Of a DNA stretch of 64,000 bases, positions 1-16,955 are shown one piece after another (position 1 is the first letter of the stretch; each line of letters starts with the position of its first letter). This DNA is from Lophium mytilinum (lineage: Eukaryota), in assembly GCA_010093605.1 (NCBI GenBank), contig MU004194.1, positions 596,323 through 660,322 of the forward strand. Reading direction: 5' to 3'. A program made the translations under genes and the position numbers. A model generated the notes under the pieces. The model saw only the letters and a list, made by a program, of their open reading frames with translations. It ran no database searches and had not been told where the DNA came from.

Positions 1-662
1 AAGACTTGGGACTCATCGTCATATTGTACCAAGTCCATGGATTGAAAAGTCGAGATAAGATCGGTGAGGCGACGGACGTTCATACTGGCCTCGGCCGGGG
101 ACAGGAGGTGCCAAGAGGTATAGTCTGAGTTGCTAGATGGAAGCCGAGAAAATGCGGCGATGCTACACGGACTAAGCAAGAATGTTCTCCATCGAAGCAA
201 AACGTCATCGGGTTGAAGAGATGACAAGCCTGCGGACGCATATGGTGGTCCTGAGGTCAGCGTGAAAGCAATGGGAAACGGAAATATATGTATCAGGCAA
301 ATCACGATATTCGCAATAGTCCCTCGCAATGACGTGTACTGCTACTCTTATCCCAGAGCGTGAAAGATGTTCGTGCCTTCCACCTCGACTGTGAGAGTGG
401 TAGAAGGGAGCACTATGAAGTCGTCGAAGTGCTTACTAGGCCCGAGGAAATGTAGTCAACAAGATACCATAATCGGGAGACAGCCTAGACTACCGCTTTC
501 GAAGAAATTCTAGCAAGCCATTGATCATATTCATGTTTCCAAACTAACGACACCTTCCATGAGGGGATATCCGCGCCGGCCAAGTCACCCGTCCCAGTGA
601 CACACACAAGTTGCGTAAACGTTTTTTGCACCCTATCGATAAACGCCAGCCAGTATACACCT

Positions 663-1546
663 TTACACGTACCCTAAAAGGCCGTTAGCAAATATGATAA
701 GGATAAAGACCGCCGCTCCCTCTCCCCTTATTATCCCAGCAGGGTGAACCCACCTTTCCGCGCGCCCTGAAAGAAGAACCTAACCACGAAGACTTGCAGC
801 CCGGCCATTGTGACCATCATAACGCCCTCGATGATGCTAAAGTTGAAAATGCGACGCTCGGTGCTGCGGACGGTACTGAAGTTGCGGTTCTCGCGTGTTC
901 GGAAGTACTTCTGGTTGCGGTTGATGGTGGAGAGCTGCGCGGAGAGCTTGAGGATGGATTCCTCGAGGACGGAAGTCTGTTCGGGGGATGTGCCTTGCTT
1001 GGAAGGAAGCTGAGCGCGAGCTTCATTTTCAACCTGTTGGAAAGAAAGATATGTCAGCACTCTTTCAACTTGCCACAGATTGATTATACACCGAGGAAGA
1101 TTGAACTTGACAGGGATTGATGGGCACGGAAGAAGGGAAATCCCATACAGCAATTTCAAAGTCCACCATCTTCTCCGAATAAGTGGACATTTCATTGTTG
1201 AAGCAGAAGCGGTATTCGCCCACGTCGTTCGCCGTAAAGACGAAGTCGCCCTGGCGCTCTTTCGTCCCATCCAGTATCACCTTCTCACTAGGACCCACGA
1301 CCGAGTAGTCGACATCAAAGGAACCTCCAGATTGCACCTAGTGTATATAATGTCAGTGAATCTTCAATTGGTCAGGAGGAAGACTGAGCATACTGCGAAA
1401 TAGAATGCCACCTTGGCCCCCTTCTGCTCCACATAACTGAAGAAACACGACTTCTCGTTCGCGCCCAGCTTGTATGTGAGAGCCGTACCGTACACGGCAG
1501 AAGTAAACAAGGCCAGCAGGCTGGAGAGAAGCAGTATTGTCCGCAT
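663..1546 (-). CDS. p24/emp24/gp25L (GOLD domain) ER-Golgi cargo receptor, 4 exons
   Basis: Signal peptide MRTILLLSSLLALFTSAVYG, GOLD motifs (EKSCFF, VQSGGSFDVDY, GEYRFCFNN), coiled coil and TM segment (RNQKYFRTRENRNFSTVRSTE...VFVVRFFFQGARKG). A final micro-exon gives GYV* with TAA at 663-665. Three GT-AG introns carry branch points. Confidence 0.93.
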
Positions 1547-2037
1547 GCTGGGTAAATGTGATGTGGTGTTGCAAGAACAGCCCGACTTCCAAAGTTCGCG
1601 ACGCCGTGTCCAGAACAGCCCGCTAGCCGATGTTTCGGCGGAATGCCGGTTAGCTCGCAAATCACGTGCAATAGGATTTCGTTTCACTTCTTGACAACTT
1701 GTGAAATGCAGACATGAAAGAAGCACGCTTTTCGGTATACATATTGGTACTCATGACTTAGCAAATCTGCCGACTCCCGTTCCTGCTAAGCCAAGTACGC
1801 CGATTCGCAGTCTACCTGCTATCATCCGCCACCGCACAGCAACACCTGTGGACTGATCCTTCGCGTCTACCAAAAGGGTGCGCTTGGAAAAACGCCATCT
1901 ATGCACAGAAAGCCAGCTGAGCCCGTGTCGCTTTAGAAATCAGCGCCAGCCAGGTGCTCCGCAACGCCCGAACAGTAAACTCAAGCCACCCTACACCGCC
2001 GCCGATCGCATTCAAATATGCATCAGAGATGGATCTA

Positions 2038-5872
<3,835 letters not shown>

Positions 5873-6649
5873 AGCGGCGGTGGCGGATCGCAACTAAAAG
5901 CAGCGCCCGGAGGAGGAGCAGACAGCGTAGCAGCTAGGGCAGATGGCGAACCAGCACTATAGCTGGTTTATAGGGTAGCAGATGCGGCGGACGGCCTAGG
6001 AGGGAGTGGATGCGCGCTCAGAGTATAGCGCTCGCAGTGTCGTCGAGTAGTTGGTACGTAGGTATGAGAGGTTCGCGGTCTCGCTAAAGGTGGCGGAGAG
6101 TGTTAGTGGAGCGGCACAAGATCAGTAAGGAAACACGCGAATTGGACGGTGGGTATGCACCGCAGGCTGGCGGGCGAGGTGACGGCGACGGCAGGGCGCT
6201 GTCGGGGACGTGGTCGGTGGAGTGAATTCCTTTGAGGGCGCAAAATGTTGGGCAGAGCAGCAGAGCGTGGAAGTCAGCAGTGCAGTGAAGCGCGGCCAAC
6301 GTCATGCGGCCACAGCGCCGTTTGGAAGCTCGTCGCCCGCAGCTACCGACGATCCTAGGGCTCCAGCAAACACATTTACGGCGTCTGTGTTTGCTAGCAG
6401 GGCATCGTTTTATTTGAAGCCGAGCACACGCTGTACAATGCAGCTCTCTGGCTCCCCAGCTGCTCTGCGGCGGCTCTGCGGCTGCGTCCTAGACTGTGGC
6501 ACCACGCGCGTTCCAATTATGATGCCCATGTTTCCCCGCTGTCGACGGAGCTTGGCCGCATCGAATTTCTAGTTACCTACCTAGCTCTCTACAAATGTCC
6601 CTCACTGTCGAGTGACTAACCCAGCGCACAACACCAATGCTGCCCAGAC

Positions 6650-8202
6650 ATGCCACCACACAGCAATGCGCTCCGCGCGTGCTCAATACACCGCTGGCCC
6701 AGTCTTAGAGCTCACCCCTCTGCCGTAACAGTGTGCGCCCGCAGCCAGAGACACGCCCATGCTGCTGCTGTCGCCCCGGCCTGGCGGCCGTCTTCGGCCC
6801 TCGACGAGTAAGCTCCCCACCAGGACTTCTTACTATTACACTCATTGACATTTGGCTGATAGATGGGTTCAGCGAGAGGCTCAGCCGATCAGTTTGCGGC
6901 GCCTTACTTTCTTTGGCCGGACGCTGACCGAGTCTCGTCTGCTTGATGCCGCCAACTACTGCAGACTCGAGTTGCCGACGAGGTCTGCCTCGTATGCTTG
7001 TTAGAATAGCACTTCGAAGATTAACCCTCTTACAGGCTCTCGCACCGCCTCCGTGATATGCAGACACTGCCCTATGTCGTCGTTACCAATCCGCACATGG
7101 CCCACGTCTACGAGCTCTACTACCGCGCCTTCGAACGCCTTCGCCGCATGCCCGAAATCAAAACACTCGATGACAACGACGAGTTTTGCAAGCTGGTGGA
7201 AGAGACGTTGAGGGAGCATGCGTCCGTCATACCGCGCCTGGCAATTGGCGTGCTGGAAATCCACGGCCTGATGAAACCTGAAGAGACAGACAAATTCATA
7301 TTTACGCTGCTGAGATCTGTAAGACGAGCGTCAAGCTCCTACGACTGCTTCGGTAATGCTGACTGTAGTGTGCGGTGCAGCGAATATCCAGACGCGTGAT
7401 TGCAGAGCAGCATCTTGCCTTGACCGAGACCTTTCATGCCCCTTGGCATTTCCCACATGCCCAGCCATTGAATGACCCAAGCACAGAAATCATAGGAGAG
7501 ATTTTCTTGAAGTGCAATGCCAAGGAGATTGTGGAGAGGTGTGCTGCAGCCACACATTTGTTGATGGAAAAAACTTACGGATCAAAACTGGCCATACCAG
7601 AAGTCAAGATCCAGGGCCATTTGGATGCCACTTTTCCTTACATTCTAAGCCACCTGGAATACATCGTTGGAGAGCTGCTCAGGAACTCAATCCAAGCCGT
7701 CATTGAGCAGAGGAGACACAAAGGTGACACGGTGCCACCTATAGAAGTCCTCATTTGCGAGACTGCTCAGCACGTCATCATCCGAATATCTGATCAAGGC
7801 GGAGGCGTGCCGAGGGATATCCTGCCACATCTTTGGTCCTTCAGCAAAGGCCCCAGACGAGAAAAGAGACTAGAAAACCTTCATAGAGTGCCCAAGCTAC
7901 TAGCTACTATGCAGGAGCTCAAGGTTCCCGGCGATCATGGACCTCCTCAGAAACAAGGCAAGAAGCACCAAAATGACGATGCTAGCCTTCACTACAGCTC
8001 CCTCTCGTCACTAACTAGCCGACCACCTGACCTGCGTCTCGGAATTGGCCTACCCATGAGCCGAATCTATGCAGAGTATTGGGCAGGCAGTTTAGAGCTT
8101 CATAGTCTCGAAGGCTATGGCTGCGATGCCTTCTTGCAAATCTCGAAGCTAGGCAACAAGAACGAGCGTCTCACGACTCGAGCAAGCATGGACGCGGTGT
8201 AG
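6650..8202 (+). CDS. Mitochondrial pyruvate/branched-chain ketoacid dehydrogenase kinase family (BCDHK_Adom3 + HATPase), 4 exons
   Basis: Arg/Ser/Ala-rich presequence from the ATG at 6650. Exons encode ISLRRLTFFGR...ELPTRLSHRLRDMQTLPYVV, ELLRNSIQA (N box), IRISDQGGGV (G1), LGIGLPMSRIYAEYWAGSL and GYGCD. Confidence 0.9.
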
Positions 8203-8717
8203 TGGTGCAATAACAACGTGTTCTTCTCTACCACGCCAATGCCTCATCGGCGTGTAAAGACCGCGTGTCACACAACAGCTTTCATCGTCTCGATACCTTT
8301 GCGGTAAGGAAGACGTTGGTTATGAAGCTATCAGTATAGCAGATGAATCCCGCGACCTGAGGCTCACCCGTGATATCGCACCATATGAAGAGCACAACAC
8401 TTCCTCCGTGTTTGATGCGTATTGATGCAGATATCTCTGGAGGCGGGGTAGAAGACGAAAGCCTTGGGGTTGACTTGCAAGTGTGATGGTCATCTTTGGG
8501 AAGGCAAGGACTACAATGGCATGCTGTTTCTTCATCGTTAGCTGTCAAATAGGAAACTGCAGCCATTGTCATTCTCCTTGAGTTACTTTCGTGTTCCTGT
8601 TTCCCTGCTCAATCAATCTTCCACTGCAAGCATTGTCTGCATCACGTATTGATTCAGCGCCCAAGGGACGCTGCCCTCGTATCACGTTATTCAGTCTAGG
8701 ATACAGCAGTCTTGAAG

Positions 8718-11701
8718 ATGTCTACAACGCTTTCTACTGTACGTTCAAGCTAGGTAAGACTTAAGCCATATCACTGACGTTATTCTCTACAGCATCACCT
8801 CAAATCCTTTCACGAACATAACACTTACCAAGATCTGAACACCAAAGGTTATGGTGCTGACGCGGTTGACCCACGCCTCCGCATCGACTTGACCTTGCGA
8901 GGACTGACAACACCGGAAACCCGCTCGCCTTCCGACGTTTACTGTCCCCACGTCCGCCGTTCTGCACTTGATCTACGGTCTAATTTCGAACACGTGGACA
9001 CTGTATCGACATGGAGGAACCTGTCCATCGCTCAAGCGGAGGAATTATGCTTCTGGGAGAAAGTCTTCCAGCAGTCGCTAGAAGAGCTAGTTGCAAGGAA
9101 CTTAATGGAAGATTTTGTAGAGCAGGAGAACGACAGCAAAGGTTCGCACTTCCTGTTTTCTTACCGTCTCCTGCAATTTCCTACCCTCGAACAGTGTAGC
9201 TAATCAAGCTCTCAGCCCGCTCACAGGATGGAAACTCGCTGATACGCAGCCTGCTCCAATACATCAAAGCCTTAGAGGTCAAGACCATACATATCGACAT
9301 GGAGCAACTCATGCGTGGCATGCTTGACCTATACTACGAGGATGAGATGCAGCACAAGCACGGTTGGTTCGTATCCAGTCGAAATCTCCCCATGGCCATC
9401 TGCAACTTCGTCCGGACCCGTGATTGTTTCAAAGACAGCTATCCCAATCCGCAAGTCAAAGTCAACTTCTCAGCGAAGAAAGTGCTAGGCGAGTTCAGGC
9501 TCGACATTTTCGGCGATATAGCGTGGTTCGCACCGGATGTGAGGCCGACGGGCCTTCCAGAGACGTCTTCTCCAGGCTCCGAACTTCGGCTGGTGCCACA
9601 ATACCTGGAGAACATACTTGCAGACCAGTGGAGTTCGTATCCAGTTGACTCGGAATACGAGATTGTGTCTAAAGGCAAATTGTCGCTTTCATGGGATCAG
9701 TCTATTCAAGGCTTTCGAGGAATCGTTCCAGGCCGCGGTACCCGAAACCACCGCACCAGCCCGACTAAGCTAGGCCACTCGACGGGTCAGTATGCTACAA
9801 GCCTCGATCAGCTTGACATCATGGAGGTAGCCCTAACTGTCGCCCTGACTAAACAATTCCCCGGGAGCGTTCGTTTCGAACTAGAATCACGATTCAAAGT
9901 TCGCATTCGTATTACCCCATCACCGCATAAGCTTCAGCGGCTCCCTGAATACCAGCACAACCGGCTTCCAGCAGTCGCTTCTAGTCCGTCCGCGATCAAG
10001 CAGTCGAAAGATGATATAAAACCTAAAGCGCTTCCAAAGCTCAGATACGAGTATACTGCTCGTGGCGAAAAGCAACACACGCCACAACGAATCAGTTCTT
10101 GGATCGCATCTTTTGAGAACACTCCTACCTCGAAACGTGGCTGTTTAGAAGAAGATCGCGACAACCCATTTCAAAATCCACTTCATCGATGCTCGAAAGG
10201 ACACAAACGCAGTAATGCTGTCTCGGGCATCAATGTTCAAAAATTGTTCAGCGGGGATCCAAGGAGTCCAGCGGGTATGTCGGACCCCATTTCTTCACTT
10301 CGGTTGCCTTCTCCCGTGGACGCAATCAAGAAAGACCCCTTTCATGAGGAAGACCCTTGCGAGCTAGTCACTCAACCGTTGTCTGAAGACTCGGACTCGG
10401 GCTCGGATGTCCCGTTAGAGATGGCAGTATATCGTCGCGGCGGAGGGCGACAGAAAGCCGCCAAGAGATCCTTTTCTGAACACAGCGACGTATCGTTGCC
10501 CGATATCAGACCATTAACCTTTAGTTCATTGCGCCGCAAGAAACACAGTCGGCCCGATCTCAGGCAAAAGGCAAAGAAGGAAGCTGTCTCTGCTCCGAAT
10601 TATCAGGACGACGAAATCCCATTGATGCAGGATATGGGCGGTGTAGGCGACGCGTCGGACAAGTCTCATGGGCTCCCTTCTTCAAAAAGAAGTCGCCTGT
10701 CCAAACGAAAGTCCGACTTGTTTCTTTCGTTAATGGATAACGACTCCGATGACCAAAGTCTAGACTACGATCTGCGTGCTAGTCCTGCAAAAACACCCGA
10801 CCGGCGCATCCACAACAAATCCAGGCAGATGGACGACGAGAATAGTCGTCGGAATTGGGCAACACCTCGAGGTGAAAGCGACTGTGACGAGCTAGAGCCT
10901 AGTTCTTCTGAGTACCAAAGTTTTCATCGGCTTTCCAAGGCTCTCAGGATTGTATCCGATCATCTCACGGCCAATGGAGCCCCTCCGTCCGCCTTGAACG
11001 ATGCCCTTGAAGAAAAATCGAAAGCGGGGATCTCGTTCGATGCCTCTCACTTCGCCGGAAGCTGTGACCCATACCAGAAACCCAGACGCAAGCCAGTCAA
11101 GCACCCATTCGATATGTGGCGCAAAGGTGTCGAGTGGGCTGCCGAGATGGCGCGTTTGGAGCCCGAGCTTTATGTAGAAAGTGCTGCGGAACAACTGGTC
11201 GAGCCAGTACACAAAGGTCCCACATGGGCTGCCCAGCTTGCGCGTTCTGATCCGGAGCTGTATGGAGATCACTCGGTGAAACACTGCGTCGAATCAAAGC
11301 GCGAAGGCCGTGAGTGGGCTGCCCAGCTCGCGCGTGTCGACCCCGAGCTTTTCGCAGACAAAGTCAACCTATCGAGGGACGACAGTATCATGTGTCAGCA
11401 GAAAACCCCATCAAAGAGTGCCGCGAATTCCTTGGCTCGGCCACGCCGTATAGTCGTGCCTCCCCAGTCACAAATCCAAGCGAACTATGAAGCTTTTCTA
11501 AAAGAGAAGGCAGAGATGGTCAGATCGGACACGGAGGAGAACTTTGCTAAGTGGATAATGGAACGAAGCAGTAGTCAAGGTTGGGGGAGTGAGACATCTG
11601 GGGATGAGAACGAGCGTGGTGATGAGGAGATGTTAGAAGATGACGATGATGAGCTCCTGGATGACGGCAACCTTGCGGACGATGAGGATACGCCGGCATA
11701 G
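8718..11701 (+). CDS. Large uncharacterised protein (~950 aa) with a largely disordered C-terminal half, an internal 30-aa repeat and an acidic tail, 3 exons
   Basis: ATG at 8718 (MSTTLST). An intron at 8739-8792 and a second intron ending at 9215 join ORFs 8889-9203 and 9299-11701 in frame. No family recognised. Confidence 0.7.
11123..11362 (+). repeat. Three 90-nt (30-aa) degenerate tandem coding repeats, consensus xGxxWAAxLARxDPELY
   Basis: Units start at 11123, 11213 and 11303: KGVEWAAEMARLEPELY, KGPTWAAQLARSDPELY, EGREWAAQLARVDPELF. Confidence 0.85.
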
Positions 11702-12865
11702 AGCATGTTGGTAAGGAAACTATCATGGCGCGAAGAACTTTCAGATGGAGTCTTAGTTTCTAGGGTTCTGCGAGTCTCCGTTTCTTTGGTAGCGTTTTGG
11801 GTATTGCTATTCGATATGCGGCTTCGTTCGGTTGTTAACCTCCTTTTCTTCATGCTGCTTTTCTACCCTTACGTCTCCTGCTTGAGACTGGCATCAAATC
11901 AAATCTTTCATACTACGTAATAAGTATGACTAGGCGATCTGATGTGCTGATAGCGGCAATGATACGTTGACGTAGGCACATTTTTTTGATCACCCAGAAG
12001 CAAAGGCATCCTGTTTCCAAATAAGGGGCTACTGCCCCAGACTCGCACAAAGGACATGGGAGAGGCCTGTCCCATAACAGTCGCGTCGTCGCCTGTCTGA
12101 GATTTCTGGACTACCGGTCCAACCTCTCAACCACGAACGCCCTTTTCCCAACATCACCACATGATTCTATCCCAAAAGTTCTCACATTCCCGTATCTGAT
12201 ATTTTGACTCACATCTCACGTACCCTGTCGCACAGTATACAGCAAATCGCCCTCCTTTATTCATCGTATATCTATGTAGCGACGTCGCTCTCGAGTCTAT
12301 TTCATTGAAAGGAACCTAGCCAAGTCATCTCACGACACAACGACAATAGGTCTCGCCCGGAGCTAGGTCCCGCAGAGGTTGGGGCGTTGTGTTTCTTGTC
12401 AACACAGTAAATTGATGGGGTTGGGACCTGGCCGCTGCAAGATGCCAATGAGTGTAAAGGTTCTGCCACCAGTTATCTTCTGAGATCTTCGGCTAGCGTG
12501 GAGAGATATAATCGCTGTGCCCATGGGTCAATTTGCACTTTAAAAGATGTTTGACCGAAGCCCATCTATAAGGCACTACTATCTATGCAAAACCGAGAGC
12601 AAGTTTGACTTCCTTGTGACAACCTTCAATACCTGGATATCTAAATTTGTCCTCGGCGCCGAGAGGCAAGGTTGACTGCGCCACACGCACTCGCCACACC
12701 TTGGTCGATCCCTCCACATCCCAGTTTCAAGTTGGAGGTGACGACAGCCGATCGACAAACATACAAAAGGCACCAGCAAGCTCCACTCACACGCCACAAC
12801 ACAACAACACCTCTACCTCCACTATCAAAGCTTAAACGAACACGAACTCTCAGACTTCATCCACC

Positions 12866-13282
12866 ATGATTGCCACAGTCTTCCTCATTATCATCACAAT
12901 CTTCGGTACTGTCCGCCCAGCCGCCTTCAGCTCGAAACAGCCAACTAACAACATTCGCAGTGCCACCCATCGGCGTCTTCCTTGTCGCGGGATGCGGCGC
13001 TGACTTGCTTATCAACATCCTGCTCACGCTCTTGGGGTACGTGCCATTTCCAACAAGCTCTGCCTCCATCCCACCCTTTTACCTCAGGGCAAGGCTGATC
13101 GTACGATCTCATCTAGCTACTTCCCCGGACACATTCACGCGTTCTATGTTGAATACGTCTACTACAAGCGCCGCGACGAGGCACGCGCGGGCATCTACGA
13201 CGCGCGACCAGCTGCCGGCGTGTATAGCGACAGGGTTCAGAATGGCGGACGGGGCTATGGGACTATGGCCGCCACGGCTTAG
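12866..13282 (+). CDS. PMP3: Pmp3/UPF0057 plasma-membrane proteolipid, 3 exons
   Basis: Spliced product MIATVFLIIITIFVPPIGVFLVAGCGADLLINILLTLLGYFPGHIHAFYVEYVYYKRR..., which carries the Pmp3 signature PPxGV...INILLTLLGYxPGxIHA. Confidence 0.9.
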
Positions 13283-14477
13283 ACAGGTCATCGCTACAAA
13301 GTGACATAGATTTTGAACCAGGATGGAACTCGGTCGGATGGCGGCATTCAGTACTGGTTACGTCTGTCAAGGCGCAACACAGGACTTGGCATGGAAGAAA
13401 TACGGGCCGGACTGGGCGGGTTTAAATTGGATCGGGCGTTGCTTACGAGCTGCTGTTATTCATCTCATTAGTTTCTTCGCTGAATTCTAGGAAGTTATGC
13501 GAACCAAGTTCAATCGAGAACGTCACGTGAATGCGAGAGTGAATCGGAAAATTCCGAGGTCCGATATCAGCTTGGCAATGCTCTCAAACGCGGGGATAAT
13601 TGAGCTTAGCAATATCTACCCGGTGCCAGGTTGACCAATATCTACCCGCTCCAGCCTTAAATATCAGTGTATTGTATGAATGGTTATGCTATCACCATAG
13701 ATTCCGGTTCTGGGGCTACTACGCAGGTCAAACGGAGATATTTCCGCACCATAGTCGAGGCTATACTAGAAGCTATCTAAACCTAGCACAATGTACAGAG
13801 GATATGCTGCAATAGTTAGGTGTTGTACGATACCACGGCACTTGATTCCTCAGGCAGCCATCCGCTCATGTGACTGGGTGCCGAATGTGCTTTCTGACGA
13901 GGATTATGAGTCTGGATGACCTATTGAGGACGAGCTGCAGCTGGGCAATCTAGCCCTTTGAAGCCTCACGGCCTCAAGCAAACTCCTTAGGCATCCACGC
14001 GGCGACGGTGTGCTGGCCAGCCTCCTCCACGCAGCTCTCCCTCAACGACCTGCTACACCGACTCTAGAATTACGGCGAGCAAGCAAGACCAAGCGACGCC
14101 ACTCGATCTAACTGCCCGGCCCGCCCTCGCCCGTGCACGGCGCCCACGATTGCCCCAGGCAGCGGCGTGCTACAACTCGGATCATCGCTTGCCCTTCCTC
14201 AATATCCCACTTCCTCAGCCCTAGCTGCGAACTCCCTTCCTGCACCTTTGCCACCACCACCCTCGACGCGCGACGATACTCTTCGCGCCCAGGCCTATCG
14301 ATAAGACCCGGTCTCGCATTGCTACAACCCGTCCCTCGCCAGTTTCACCAATTCTTGGCTCCGTCATCTCGCTCACCAGCGCCCCTCAGGGTCTCCTACC
14401 CTCCCTTACCCGCCGCGCCACCGCTGCGTCTGTAACCCGTCTCTCGTTCTTGAACCCGTCCCGAGTGTGTCGCCGAT

Positions 14478-16519
<2,042 letters not shown>

Positions 16520-16955
16520 GAGCGACGTGTGCTCGGAGGGGAGTGGTTCAATTTGAAGGGCACCAGCTTCACGGTGTCAGATCGGGCCTGCCTGGAGGAT
16601 ACCTTGCGATCAGAATACCATGATTCGATAGTAGTCGAGACCGGTATCACTAGAGACATAGTTTACCAAGCGATCATGTAGTAATGAAGAACGGCTTGAA
16701 TGACTGGAAGAATGTTGAGGAGAGGCCAGCCAATTCTCACGAGCTGGCAACTGGGGAGAGACAAATTTAATCGATTTCTTTACATGAGAATGCATCAAGT
16801 TCTACTGTGATATATCTCATCTAATCTAACGACGTTTGCCTCGCACATTTATAGCGGTTGTGGCTGATGCACTCTTGGCACTTCCTCACCACCTCCAGGT
16901 CCCGACATCATCCCAAACCTCAAAGCTCCACGGCCACCACCCACACACCCTCCCA

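Noticed and set aside
1..38. Possible minus-strand gene start (ATG at 38, MDLVQYDDESQV...) running off the left edge
   Set aside because: Only 12 codons are visible, which is too little to support a call.
6210..6572. 120-aa ORF as the start of the kinase gene
   Set aside because: It terminates at 6572. The ATG at 6650 gives a presequence in frame with the conserved kinase exons.
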